Source: Planctomycetota bacterium
Lineage (GTDB): Bacteria > Planctomycetota > UBA8108 > SXIK01
NCBI GenBank assembly: GCA_965223265.1
Contig: OZ244999.1
Coordinates: forward strand, 2,272,001 to 2,336,000
Reading direction: 5' to 3'
Length of the DNA stretch: 64,000 nt
Made by a program: the position numbers and the translations under genes. Shown here piece after piece: positions 48,850 through 58,307 of this stretch. The notes beneath the pieces are model-generated. The model ran no database searches. It had not been told where the DNA came from and was given only the letters and a program-made list of their open reading frames with translations. Position 1 is the stretch's first letter, and each line of letters starts with the position of its first letter.

Positions 48850-51465
48850 ATGTCTAAGAGACAACCACTGATGCTCTGCTTGGCTCTTTTAGCCGTCACC
48901 ACGGCGCCGGTTGGCTTTGGTCAGGTCACGAACGTTTTCGACGATTTTTCGACTGATCCGTTTGAAGAGGGTAATCCGCGCTGGGGACGGAACCAGTCGG
49001 ACCCCCACACGGCGGCCTGGATCCCACCGGAGGCGCCTCTTTGCGTCGGGACGCTCCCGGACTTGACTGAGATTTTCTCACCGTACTTCGAGTGCGGCAA
49101 TGATCAGCAGCCGGCACCCAATAACTTTCCGTGCTCGATCTACAGCGAAGCCAACATCGAGGACATCGGCGAGGTCCCCGCGAACTTCGGATTCGTCGCG
49201 CTCAACTCCGGTAAAGATCAGCGTTCGAATATCTACCAGCGCGAGCGCGTCACCATCGCCGACGTCCAGGTCCGCATGATCCTCGAAGCCTCGGGTGGTT
49301 GCCGATTCGACAACCCCGCGGACGGCTTCGGCGTCACGCTCGTTGAGCTGCAAAACGAGCCGCTCCTCGGCGACGGTGGTGGTAGTAACGGCGTCACGGG
49401 CTATGTCTGCCCGGAAGGCCAGGGCTGTCACGAAAACGACGGTAACAACGACGGCGTCCTTGACGGTGGTCAGCAGATTATCTTCGAAGCCGACGTCAAC
49501 GGTGGTAACGCGGGCGACGCCCGAAGTGCCACGCGCGAAGACCACGTCGGTATCTACTACGTCCCGCAGGGTGCCCCCGGTGGGAACGTCCCGCCGCCGC
49601 CAAACGGCCCGACGATCCTCATGCCCGAGGGCGTGCTCCTCCACAGTCGTACGAACATTATCGATGCGCAGGCTGACTACGTGCCGAACCGCTTCGAGAT
49701 CACGGCTTTTCTGAAGGGACAGACCGCGGCGATCGAGCTTGACTTGCTCGACCAGAACATCGACTTCGGCCGCGTCGCCCAGGTGACCTTCGACGGCCTG
49801 TCGTCGTTCGAGGGTTACGTCGTTGCCGCGGGCGCCACCGGTGGCCGTGACGCGGCGAACTACCTGCACGAAATCGAGATCAGCGCCATCGAGGGCGAGT
49901 GCGACGTCATTCCGGCGCCGGCAGCCTTCACGCACCGCTTCACTGGTCTGCAGGACGACGAGTGTGGTGACTTCGTTCCCGGTCAGAACATTGGTGTCAA
50001 CGTCGACATCGCGAATCTGCGCGACATCGGTGCGTGCCCGATCGACACGACGGTTGTGCGCGACACGCTGCCGCTTGGGTTCACCGTCGCCGGATCGCCC
50101 AGCCAGAACGGTGTCATCATTCCTGCCGCGGATCCGGACGTTGACCGCACCGCCGTTGAATGGACACTGACGCCGGCGCAGATCAACGCTGGCGTCGCCC
50201 TCAACTACACCGCAACCGCAAACTTCCCGGATGCGGAAGAGACCGAGTTCGAGTTCAACCTGACCTACTCCGAGCTTGCTGTCAGCGACGCCCGCGCCGA
50301 CGTGGACATCCTGTCGCCGGTTGGCGGTTTCGATCCGTTCTGCGGCGGAATCACTTGCTGGAACATCCTCGGGCCGTTCCGCAATCCGTTCTGCGATCCC
50401 TCTTGCATCGAGGAAGACGGCGCCGTGCCGTCGCGTTTCCTTCAAGCTGATTGGGCGGTCGCGGACCAAGACAATGACGGCACGGCCGAGTCCGGCGTCG
50501 CCGATCTTGTCTGGCGTCCGGGCCTTCCCGTCAACATCGTCTTCAACGACGATCTCGCTCGCACGGGCGATGACCTGCTCAGTGATGCGTTCTCACCGTC
50601 GCCGGGTCTGCACCCGACGCCGCTCGAGACGACCCTCAACGGCGGTGGTAGTGCCCCGGAAGTGTTCGAGCACACCAATGGTGACAGTCTCATCAACTTC
50701 CAGAGCGAAGTCTTTGGTGGCGTGAACCTCGGCAGTTTCGCCTACGCGCAGTGCTACGTCGAGTCCGACGCCACGCGCGAAGTGTTCGTCAAAGCCGGTG
50801 CCTCGAAGAACTTCTTCGTCGAGCTCAACGGTCGCACGATCATTCAGCGCAACAACTGCCTCGGCATCACCAGCTGCCGCGCCCGGACGTCCGCTTGTAG
50901 CGGCGCTCGGAACCCGGAGAAGTCGGTGGTCCCGGCGGACGTCGATGATCCGAACACCGACATTGACGAGCGCGAGCCGATCACGCTGATCCAGGGTATC
51001 AACACGCTGCTGGTCGGCGTCCACAACGAGGACGACGTCTTCAGCGGCAAGTGGGACTTCTGGATTCGATTCCAAGACAGTGCCGACAACGGTGGTGGCG
51101 CCCTGCCGATCACTGAAGGGCTGACGATTCGTTTGACGCCTGGTGGAACCAACGAAGTCGGTCTTGTTCCTGGTGACTACAACAGTGACGGCGGCCGCGA
51201 CATCTCCGACCCGATCGCGCATCTCAACTTCCAGTTCGGTGGTTTTGAGCTCGATCCGTGTTACGTCGTTGCAGGGACCAATCCTCCCGTCCTCCGGGAC
51301 ACGGGAGTGGCGATCCTCGACTACAACGGCGACGGTAGTGTCGACATCTCCGATCCGATCGGCGATCTCAACTTCCAGTTCGGTGGCACGGGTGTGCCGC
51401 ACGTTCTTGGCGACGTCTGCCGCGTCTTCGATGACGAAGGCTGCATCGAGATCTGTACACCGTAA
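48850..51465 (+). CDS. Secreted acidic, Cys-rich surface protein with L-lectin/ConA-like and beta-sandwich domains and a dockerin-like C-terminus
   Basis: Signal peptide; 'PADGFGVTLV...GYVVAAGATGG' (legume-lectin-like); 'WNILGPF...YAQCYV...LIQGINTLLV'; 'GDYNSDGGRDISDPI...DYNGDGSVDISDPI'; strongly C-ending codons. Confidence 0.75.
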   Translation: MSKRQPLMLCLALLAVTTAPVGFGQVTNVFDDFSTDPFEEGNPRWGRNQSDPHTAAWIPPEAPLCVGTLPDLTEIFSPYFECGNDQQPAPNNFPCSIYSEANIEDIGEVPANFGFVALNSGKDQRSNIYQRERVTIADVQVRMILEASGGCRFDNPADGFGVTLVELQNEPLLGDGGGSNGVTGYVCPEGQGCHENDGNNDGVLDGGQQIIFEADVNGGNAGDARSATREDHVGIYYVPQGAPGGNVPPPPNGPTILMPEGVLLHSRTNIIDAQADYVPNRFEITAFLKGQTAAIELDLLDQNIDFGRVAQVTFDGLSSFEGYVVAAGATGGRDAANYLHEIEISAIEGECDVIPAPAAFTHRFTGLQDDECGDFVPGQNIGVNVDIANLRDIGACPIDTTVVRDTLPLGFTVAGSPSQNGVIIPAADPDVDRTAVEWTLTPAQINAGVALNYTATANFPDAEETEFEFNLTYSELAVSDARADVDILSPVGGFDPFCGGITCWNILGPFRNPFCDPSCIEEDGAVPSRFLQADWAVADQDNDGTAESGVADLVWRPGLPVNIVFNDDLARTGDDLLSDAFSPSPGLHPTPLETTLNGGGSAPEVFEHTNGDSLINFQSEVFGGVNLGSFAYAQCYVESDATREVFVKAGASKNFFVELNGRTIIQRNNCLGITSCRARTSACSGARNPEKSVVPADVDDPNTDIDEREPITLIQGINTLLVGVHNEDDVFSGKWDFWIRFQDSADNGGGALPITEGLTIRLTPGGTNEVGLVPGDYNSDGGRDISDPIAHLNFQFGGFELDPCYVVAGTNPPVLRDTGVAILDYNGDGSVDISDPIGDLNFQFGGTGVPHVLGDVCRVFDDEGCIEICTP

Positions 51466-51490
51466 GCTCGGGTTGACCTGAGCCACGGCT

Positions 51491-51554
51491 GAGAATCGAT
51501 TTCGATTCTCGAACACCCGAGTGGGTCCTAAGGGCTCACTCGGGTGTTTTCTTT
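51491..51554 (+). terminator. Rho-independent terminator (tandem hairpins)
   Basis: GAGAATCGA-TT-TCGATTCTC, then AACACCCGAGTGGGTCC-TAA-GGGCTCACTCGGGTGTT followed by TTCTTT. Confidence 0.8.
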
Positions 51555-51776
51555 GAGCCTTTGACGTCGTCGCCCCCGACGGCGAGCCCCCACGTCGACA
51601 CCGCTCTCCACGTCGGAGGATTCCCTTGGTACGATGGAGGGGCGAGGTTCTCTTCGATCGTGTTGGACATCGGGGAGTCCCGCTGTCGAGGTGGACGCCA
51701 GATGGCGCCGGTGAGAGAGATGTTTCGAGTTCTTCAGCATTCGTTTCGACGTGTCTTTGGTCCCTCGGGCGCGCCC

Positions 51777-54700
51777 ATGAGTGTGGCGCGTCAGCGGCTT
51801 TCTGAGGCGTTTCTCCTTGCTGCGCTGATGATCGGGCTTTCGACGCCGCTAACGTCGCAGGTCATCATCAACGAAGCTCTCGCGGTCAACGCGGCGACGA
51901 TCCTCGACGAGGAGCTGCAAAGCTCCGACTGGGTCGAGCTGGTGAATCGCGGCAGCACGCCCGTGAACCTGGCCGGATACGGGCTTTCGGACGATGTGCG
52001 TGAGCCGATGAAGTGGGAGTTTCCGCCGCTGGAGCTCTCTCCGCAGGAGTACCTGGTCGTTTGGTGCTCGGGAGAGGATCGCGTCCTCCCGATTTCGCCC
52101 GCCGCCGTTGTCGAGGGCCGCGTTCCCTTTGTGCCGACCCTAGTGACGCGCGAGGCTGAGTGGAGTTACCTGGTGGGGGACGCCGGCGCGGAAAACTTGG
52201 AGCTTCCAGCTGGGTGGACCGATCTCGAATTCGACGACGCAGGCTGGCCGACCGGGCAGCCTGGGTTCGGATTCGGCGATGACGACGACACGACGGTGCT
52301 GCCAGAAAACATCGGGGCGGTTCTCCTCCGCCACCGCTTTCGCCTGAGCGGCGATGATTTAGCGACGGGTACGCTGTTTCTACAGGCCGACTTCGACGAT
52401 GGATTCGTCGCCTATCTCAACGGCGTTGAGATCCTACGCGTCAACGTCGACGAGGGCGCTCTCGATTTCGCCAGCAAGGCCTCGCGCGGTCATGAGGCTG
52501 GCGAGCCAGAGCGTTTTGCTCTCGGCGAATGGTTAAGTCTGCTCCAACAAGGGGACAACATTCTGGCGATGGTTCTCCTCAACTTGAGGGTCGACAACAA
52601 CGATCTTTCGCTCATTCCAGAGCTGGGTGAGTCCGCCTTCGTGGCCCACACGAACTTTCGGCTCTCGAGTAGCGGCGAGACTGTTGTGCTGACCGCCCCG
52701 GACGGCACGCCAGCGAGCTCGTTGACGTTGCCTTCACCGCAGGTGCGTGACCGTTCGTACGGGCGAACGTCTCCGAGCGCCGAGAGCGGCATGTATTTTC
52801 TACAGCCGACACCCGGTGCGCCGAACGACTCGCTCGCTTCCACCACCCCGATCGCCAGCGAGCCGCTGATTGAACCCGCAGGCGGTCGGCAGACGGCAGC
52901 GGTGACCGTGAGCGTCTCGGCTGAAGGTTTTCCCTTCGACCAGGTCGAAGTGCGCTACACCCTCGATGGCTCCGTCCCCACGGCGGAGAGCCCGCTCTAT
53001 ACGGCACCGTTCGTTGTCGATGGCGATGCGAGCGTCCGCGCGGCAGTGTTCCGGGCGGCAGAGCGCATCAGCGAGGTGGCGACGCGCGGCTATTTCTTCA
53101 CGGCGGACCGCTTTGCTCTACCGATCTTTTCCATCGCCATGGCACCCGAGCGTTTCGAAGCGGTTCATGCCAGCGGTGCGGGCGAGACGCCCATCCATCT
53201 AGAGATCCTGGCACCGTCGGGAGAGATCGTCGCCTCGACCGGGGCCGGAATGCGTCTCCACGGCGGCGCGGGCCGCGGTGGCGATTTGAACATCAAGAAG
53301 TCGTATCGTCTGAATTTTCGTTCGCGCCACGGCGATGGTGTGCTGCAAGCACCGGTCGTGCTCGACACTCCTGTCGACGAATTCGATAAGCTCGTCCTCA
53401 GGGCGAACTTCAATGACGCATTCCGCAACGGCCCCCGAGCTTCACTCATCCGCGATCAGGTCATTCGTGATGTGCATGGCGAAATGGGCGGTGTCTATTC
53501 GCATGGCGGGTGGTTCAGCCTCCTCGTCAACATGGAATACCGCGGCATCTACAACGTTGTCGAGCGCATGGATCGGAAGTTCCTAGCGTCGTACTTTCCA
53601 GGCGAGGGCGAGAATTGGTACGTCATGAAGACCGGTGAAACCCCTCTCGACGGTGGCAACGAAGCGGTGGATGCTTGGAGGGAAATGAAGGAGTTTTTCG
53701 AGACTTCAGACTTCACCGATGACGCCTCGCTGGAGGCTGCGGATCGCGTCATCGACCTCCACGACTACACGCGGTATATGATCGTCAACATCTGGGCGCA
53801 GAACCAAGACTGGCCACAGAACAACTGGTACGCGGCGCGGCCGTCGCGTTTTGACGGTCGCTGGATCTTCATGTGCTGGGACGCCGAGTGGGGACTCGGC
53901 TACAACCCGCAAGGTTGGAGCTCCGACACGCTCGAGCATGTGTTCGAGCGCGAAGGCGCGCCGGTTGCCATTCCTTTGGTAGCCCTCATGGACAATTCGT
54001 CGTACCAGCGGTTCTTCTTCGCCGAAGTCGAGCGTTACCTCGAAGGTCCACTGCGAGCCGAGAACGTCCTCGCGCATATCTCCCGGGCAGGAGATTTCGT
54101 CGCGCTCGACATCGCTCACGAGACGACGCTACCGGGGCCGTCCGGCGACTTTGACGTCGCGACCTGGGAAGCGAGCCTTGCCGAGGTGGAAGAGTTCGCC
54201 ATCGAGCGTGGCGCGCGATTTCGTAACATTATGGCTGCCTCCCAGGCGTTTACGTTTGCGCGCGTGACCAACGCGCGTCCTGAGGAGATCAGTCCCGAGG
54301 GGCCAGGATTTGAGGTGTTGCTCGCCGGGCGAAACCTCAGCGTGGAGACGCGCATTCTTTTCAACGAACTGCTATCACCGCGTGTCGAGCTGGATAATTC
54401 CCGTCGCATGCGAGCAGTTTTGCCCTACGACCTGCGCGTCGAGGGCGAGCCTGAGATCACCGTCGAGGATCCCGTCTCGGGGGTTTACGCGGCGCGCGGT
54501 CTCCTGCGGGTGACGTTTCCACGGCCGCAGCCGACGAGCCTCACTCCGGCGCATGGCACGCCTGAGGGCGGCGACCGCATCGTCATCAGCGGCAGCGGCT
54601 TCGTTTCGGGCGCCCGAGTAGAATTTGGCGGCGTCGCAGCAGCGTCCGTCGATGTCATCGACGGTTCGACCTTGAGCGTCGTCACGCCTCCGGGTAGCGG

Positions 54701-55064
54701 TGTGGTCGATGTGCGCGTCGTCAACACTCGCCCTGGGGAACTACCAGGAGAGATGACGCTCGACTACACCTACACGCCGGCGAGCGGCGGGTTTCGGCGT
54801 GGTGATGGCAACGTCGATGGTGCGATCAACATCACGGACGCCATCGCGACGCTGCGGTTCCTTTTCGCCAGCCTCGCGAACCTACCGTGCGAGGACGCGC
54901 TCGATGCCGACGATTCCGGAAGGGTCGAGGTGTCTGACGCGATCCACGTCCTGAACTATCTGTTCCGCGCCGGCAGCCCGCCGCCCGAGCCGCCGATCGA
55001 CAACTGCGGCGACGATCCGACCCCGGACGCGCTGCGCTGCGACTTGGGTGTCAGCTGTTTCTGA
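51777..55064 (+). CDS. Secreted CotH kinase protein with split lamin-tail domain, Fn3-associated domain, IPT/TIG and dockerin
   Basis: Signal peptide; 'VIINEALAVN...DWVEL'; CotH 'RLHGGAGR...KKSYRLNFR', 'IRDQV', 'YRGIYNVVER', 'NQDWPQNNW', 'WDAEWG'; IPT 'P..G...GGDRIVISGSGF'; dockerin 'RRGDGNVDGAINITDA'. Start uncertain. Confidence 0.87.
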   Translation: MSVARQRLSEAFLLAALMIGLSTPLTSQVIINEALAVNAATILDEELQSSDWVELVNRGSTPVNLAGYGLSDDVREPMKWEFPPLELSPQEYLVVWCSGEDRVLPISPAAVVEGRVPFVPTLVTREAEWSYLVGDAGAENLELPAGWTDLEFDDAGWPTGQPGFGFGDDDDTTVLPENIGAVLLRHRFRLSGDDLATGTLFLQADFDDGFVAYLNGVEILRVNVDEGALDFASKASRGHEAGEPERFALGEWLSLLQQGDNILAMVLLNLRVDNNDLSLIPELGESAFVAHTNFRLSSSGETVVLTAPDGTPASSLTLPSPQVRDRSYGRTSPSAESGMYFLQPTPGAPNDSLASTTPIASEPLIEPAGGRQTAAVTVSVSAEGFPFDQVEVRYTLDGSVPTAESPLYTAPFVVDGDASVRAAVFRAAERISEVATRGYFFTADRFALPIFSIAMAPERFEAVHASGAGETPIHLEILAPSGEIVASTGAGMRLHGGAGRGGDLNIKKSYRLNFRSRHGDGVLQAPVVLDTPVDEFDKLVLRANFNDAFRNGPRASLIRDQVIRDVHGEMGGVYSHGGWFSLLVNMEYRGIYNVVERMDRKFLASYFPGEGENWYVMKTGETPLDGGNEAVDAWREMKEFFETSDFTDDASLEAADRVIDLHDYTRYMIVNIWAQNQDWPQNNWYAARPSRFDGRWIFMCWDAEWGLGYNPQGWSSDTLEHVFEREGAPVAIPLVALMDNSSYQRFFFAEVERYLEGPLRAENVLAHISRAGDFVALDIAHETTLPGPSGDFDVATWEASLAEVEEFAIERGARFRNIMAASQAFTFARVTNARPEEISPEGPGFEVLLAGRNLSVETRILFNELLSPRVELDNSRRMRAVLPYDLRVEGEPEITVEDPVSGVYAARGLLRVTFPRPQPTSLTPAHGTPEGGDRIVISGSGFVSGARVEFGGVAAASVDVIDGSTLSVVTPPGSGVVDVRVVNTRPGELPGEMTLDYTYTPASGGFRRGDGNVDGAINITDAIATLRFLFASLANLPCEDALDADDSGRVEVSDAIHVLNYLFRAGSPPPEPPIDNCGDDPTPDALRCDLGVSCF

Positions 55065-55104
55065 GCGAGCTCGGGGGCAAGAGGTGGAGACTGGGGCAGA
55101 GGCG

Positions 55105-55260
55105 GATACAGATACAGATACAGATACAGATACAGAGTCAGAGTCAAAGACGGAGACGGATACAGAGTCGGAGTCAGAAGCAGAGTTCTGGTACTCCCAC
55201 GCCCACGCAAACGCAAACGCCCACGCAAACGCCCACGCAAACGCCCACGCAAACGCAAAC
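55105..55260 (+). repeat. Hexamer microsatellite array: (GATACA)5 plus GAGTCA/GAGACG variants, then ~10 CACGCC/CACGCA/AACGCA/AACGCC units
   Basis: Read directly: GATACA x5 at 55105-55134; (C/A)ACGC(C/A) units at 55198-55260. Confidence 0.92.
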
Positions 55261-55490
55261 CGGCGCGGCAGCGGCGATCGACCCGAAGGCAGAGAAGAGC
55301 TGTGCTGCTCTGGGCGTGCGTGCGGCGGCGGTTTTGTCGATCGTAACCGAAGCCGAGACGGCCTCAAGGGTGCCCTCGCTGCGCTCGGCGCTTCGCGCCC
55401 TTGACCCCGTCTCGGCTTCGGCCAGCGGGAGTGAAACGCCGCCGCGGCGGGCGTCGGCGACAGGTCACTGGGCCGTTACCGGAGGCACAC

Positions 55491-55814
55491 ATGGGCTTTC
55501 TTGCTCTGGATCACACTTTTGGCATCGTCCGTCAGCTGCGTCCCCTTGTCTCGAGCATCCGTCGTCACGACTCGAAGCTTGCAGCTCAGCTGCGCGATGC
55601 CGGATCGTCGGTGGCACTCAACCTTGGCGAGGGCAATCGGCGTCAGGGTCGTGACCGCGGACATCTTTGGCGCGTTGCTTCGGGCAGCGCCGAAGAGGTG
55701 CGCACGGCGCTCAAGGTTGCTGCAGCGTGGGGCTACATCGATCAAGCTGAGGCTGCCGCAGTGCTCGCGGATATCGATGCGCTGCAGGCGATGCTTTGGA
55801 AGCTCACTCGCTGA
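55491..55814 (+). CDS. Four-helix-bundle protein (23S rRNA IVS protein / Avd-like family)
   Basis: GGAGG SD at 55481; 107 aa with 'LAAQLRDAGSSVALNLGEG...R..LWRVASGSAEEV...L..A...GYI'. Confidence 0.9.
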   Translation: MGFLALDHTFGIVRQLRPLVSSIRRHDSKLAAQLRDAGSSVALNLGEGNRRQGRDRGHLWRVASGSAEEVRTALKVAAAWGYIDQAEAAAVLADIDALQAMLWKLTR

Positions 55815-55863
55815 CGCGGGAACCCTGGCCCGCCGTGCCGTTTGGCGCGGCGGGTTTTGGCGA

Positions 55864-55973
55864 GGAGTCAGAAGCGAATACAGATCCGGAGACCGCCCAC
55901 ATCCACGCTCGCAAGACCGGACGGCACGCGGCGCGTGCCGTCTACTTTGGGAGACGCCCACGCAAACGCAAAC
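55864..55973 (+). repeat. Downstream degenerate copy of the upstream repeat block plus a hairpin
   Basis: GGAGTCAGAAGC (55864; also 55170) and ACGCCCACGCAAACGCAAAC (55954; also 55199); hairpin GACGGCACGCG-G-CGCGTGCCGTC (55920-55942). Confidence 0.8.
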
Positions 55974-56041
55974 GGCGCCGTCACGGATCCTGGCTTCGAC
56001 TCAGCCCATCGTCTGCCGCTGATGCCAACAGTCTCAGAGGC

Positions 56042-56983
56042 CTACTCGAACCAGGCCACGAAGAGCGTTGCCGTACCGTCGGCCTGTGTGATCTCGATCT
56101 CTTGTGGAGGCGGCACTTTGAGCCCTGCCACCGGTGGATGCCAGAATTCAAGGGTGTACGTCCCAAGGGGCACGTTCGGAATGTACACTTGGCCCTTCTC
56201 GTTACTGATGCCCCAGGCGGGGTGCTCCATCACGCAGGCGTACGTTCGTTCCCAAGGGTGCTTGCTGCAAGTGATTTCGACACCGATCTGGGGCTCTTGA
56301 AACCATTTCTCCTTGAAGACGCCAAGCCGCTCCATCTTCGGGAGTTCGACGGTCGCCGGGCGGCCATCGACGATGTTGACGATGTGGGAGAACGAGTCGG
56401 CGTTGAGCAGGCGCAAGTCTTGCCCGATGTGGATCCCGAATGTTGGCGGCGAGAAAACGCACTGGTGAACGTCAAGTAGGACGGGGTCGGAAGGCGGCGC
56501 TGGGAAGGCGAAGTCACTGAGGTCTGAGGCGCGAATGTACACGAAGACGTTGCTCAGTGTTTCCCGGACGCCTAGAGTCACCTGACTGTTCGCGAGGGCC
56601 TCTTCGCCACTGTTCGCCTTGACGCACTCAGGGCTCGACGAGATGTCGACCTTCGCCAGTTCGTTGATTCTTTGGATCGCTGCGGGCTTGATCTTGATGA
56701 CGCCCTTGAGCCAACCGGTTTGATCCAAGACGTGATCGCGGCGCGTCAGCGGCCAGCCGCGCTTCTTCGTCGTTGCATCGCCTTCGGTCTCATTTGCGTC
56801 GTCAGAGACCGTCGTGGCGGTTTGTGCCTTTGTCTCGTCCCCGGCGACGGGCTTCGCAGCAGTTGCCGCGCCAGCCGTCGAGTCGCTCGTTTTGGTCGAT
56901 CCGGCGCGGTCACAGCCGATCGGCCAAAGCGCGGCGGCAGCCCAACAAAAACCCACGATCACCCATCGGCGCTGCAAGGTCAT
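56042..56983 (-). CDS. Lipoprotein with cupredoxin-like / carboxypeptidase-regulatory-like domains
   Basis: AGGAG SD; lipobox-like 'WPIGC'; 'CVFSP', 'LNADSFSHIVN', 'CSKHPWE', 'GTYTLEFWHP'. Confidence 0.75.
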   Translation of the reverse strand: MTLQRRWVIVGFCWAAAALWPIGCDRAGSTKTSDSTAGAATAAKPVAGDETKAQTATTVSDDANETEGDATTKKRGWPLTRRDHVLDQTGWLKGVIKIKPAAIQRINELAKVDISSSPECVKANSGEEALANSQVTLGVRETLSNVFVYIRASDLSDFAFPAPPSDPVLLDVHQCVFSPPTFGIHIGQDLRLLNADSFSHIVNIVDGRPATVELPKMERLGVFKEKWFQEPQIGVEITCSKHPWERTYACVMEHPAWGISNEKGQVYIPNVPLGTYTLEFWHPPVAGLKVPPPQEIEITQADGTATLFVAWFE

Positions 56984-57218
56984 TTCGTCGTCTCCTGTAG
57001 ATTCGTCAAAGGTTTCCATTTTATGGGTCGGGCGGCGCGTTGAAACCGCGATTTGACTGAGAAACGGGCGGCTGGGCTGGCGCGACAGGATTCCCCGGAC
57101 GACCGAATGGTGCGCCCGTTCGATTTGCGACCTGCCGAGGTGCGCAGGAGTGCTTCCGGGCACAGGGATTTCTCTTAGAGGGGCCTTCTGCGCCATGCGC
57201 AGCTCTCTTTGCGTCCAG

Positions 57219-58223
57219 TCACGACGAAGGCGATGACGGCGGAGGTTTCGTGCCGAGCGCGGCGACGAGCTCTGCCGCCGCGTGCGCTAAGATTTTGCTT
57301 TTTCGCGTTTCGTTCGGTTCGCAGTACGCGAAAAGAGCTAACGCGATCGGCCCGTCGTCGGTGTAGACGATTCCAACATCGGCCTTCACGCGCCAAGTGC
57401 CACCGCTCTTATGCGCGACGATGACGTCAGGGGAGAGGTGCCTGGGAATGACGGTTCGGTCGGCGGTTAGTCGCATGAGATCGAGAATCGATCTGGACGC
57501 TTCCGCGCTGACGACCTCGCCGGCATGGAGTTTTGCGAGCAGCTGCCCCATCTCGCGCGGTGTCGCGACATTCCCGTCTGTACTGCGGTCAGCGAAACCG
57601 CGTGGTACGAGGGTGCCGGCACGGGCGCGAGCCGTCAGCTGTGCGTCGAGCTCCGCCGACGCGGTGTCGGCGCCGACATCCATCATGCCGTAGTGCATTG
57701 CCGTGACGTTTGCCGACACAGTTGTCCGCTGGAGGCCTAGGTTTCGGAGAGACTGAGTCACTGACGCCGCGTCGAGCGTCTCCATGAGGGTGTCGGTGGC
57801 GACGTTGTCGCTGAAGATCATCATCAGGCGGCTGAGGTCGCTGACTGACAGTTCCGCATCGGTGCTGAGGTGTTTGAGGACGCCCGTACCGTGGCGCGAC
57901 GCGGCCCGCGACACTCGACGGCGCTCGGCCAGAGTGAGCTCGCCTGCGTGGACGCGCCGGTGTAGCTCGACGAGTACGGCGAGCTTGAAGACGCTCGCAG
58001 TTGGGAAAAGTTCATCAGCATGCCGAGCGAAGGTGGCGCCGGTGCGCAGGTTGCGCGCATAGATGCCGACATCGCCGCGAAAACCATGGAGCAGCACCTC
58101 GATGCGATTCTCGATTGCTGGGGCACGCATCGACGTCGCTGTGCAGCTCGCCGCGCAGAGCATCGTCACGAGGCTGCAGGCCAAAAGGCGCGTTGTCTTC
58201 ACGGCGCGATTCTCTGCTTCCAC
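57219..58223 (-). CDS. Serine hydrolase, class A beta-lactamase-like (Beta-lactamase2 family)
   Basis: SxxK 'ASVFK', 'SDNVATD', 'TPREM', 'AHKSG', 'DVGIV'. Confidence 0.88.
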   Translation of the reverse strand: MEAENRAVKTTRLLACSLVTMLCAASCTATSMRAPAIENRIEVLLHGFRGDVGIYARNLRTGATFARHADELFPTASVFKLAVLVELHRRVHAGELTLAERRRVSRAASRHGTGVLKHLSTDAELSVSDLSRLMMIFSDNVATDTLMETLDAASVTQSLRNLGLQRTTVSANVTAMHYGMMDVGADTASAELDAQLTARARAGTLVPRGFADRSTDGNVATPREMGQLLAKLHAGEVVSAEASRSILDLMRLTADRTVIPRHLSPDVIVAHKSGGTWRVKADVGIVYTDDGPIALALFAYCEPNETRKSKILAHAAAELVAALGTKPPPSSPSS

Positions 58224-58307
58224 CGCAGCACGGCTGCTTCGCCGCTCTCCGGTATGACCATCCCTCCCTGTCTCGCCAACCCGCGCGATCTCATCATCTC
58301 GTCATAA

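Noticed and set aside
55105-55260. Possible CRISPR array
   Set aside because: Units are 6 nt with no unique spacers; no cas genes in the window.
55048-55404. 118-aa ORF with DTDTDT / HANAHANA repeats (and AWAF repeats on the minus strand)
   Set aside because: Most simply a translation of the hexamer microsatellite; overlaps the upstream gene and has no clear SD. Not fully excluded.
39405-55814. Possible diversity-generating retroelement (Avd-like gene plus near-identical repeats)
   Set aside because: No RT gene in the window; the repeat is 3.2 kb, both copies are coding, and the differences are mostly synonymous rather than adenine-specific.
57219-58223. Calling this a functional beta-lactamase resistance gene
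   Set aside because: Has SxxK/SDN/KSG but no recognisable class A omega-loop 'ExxLN' motif, so it is left as a serine hydrolase of unknown substrate.
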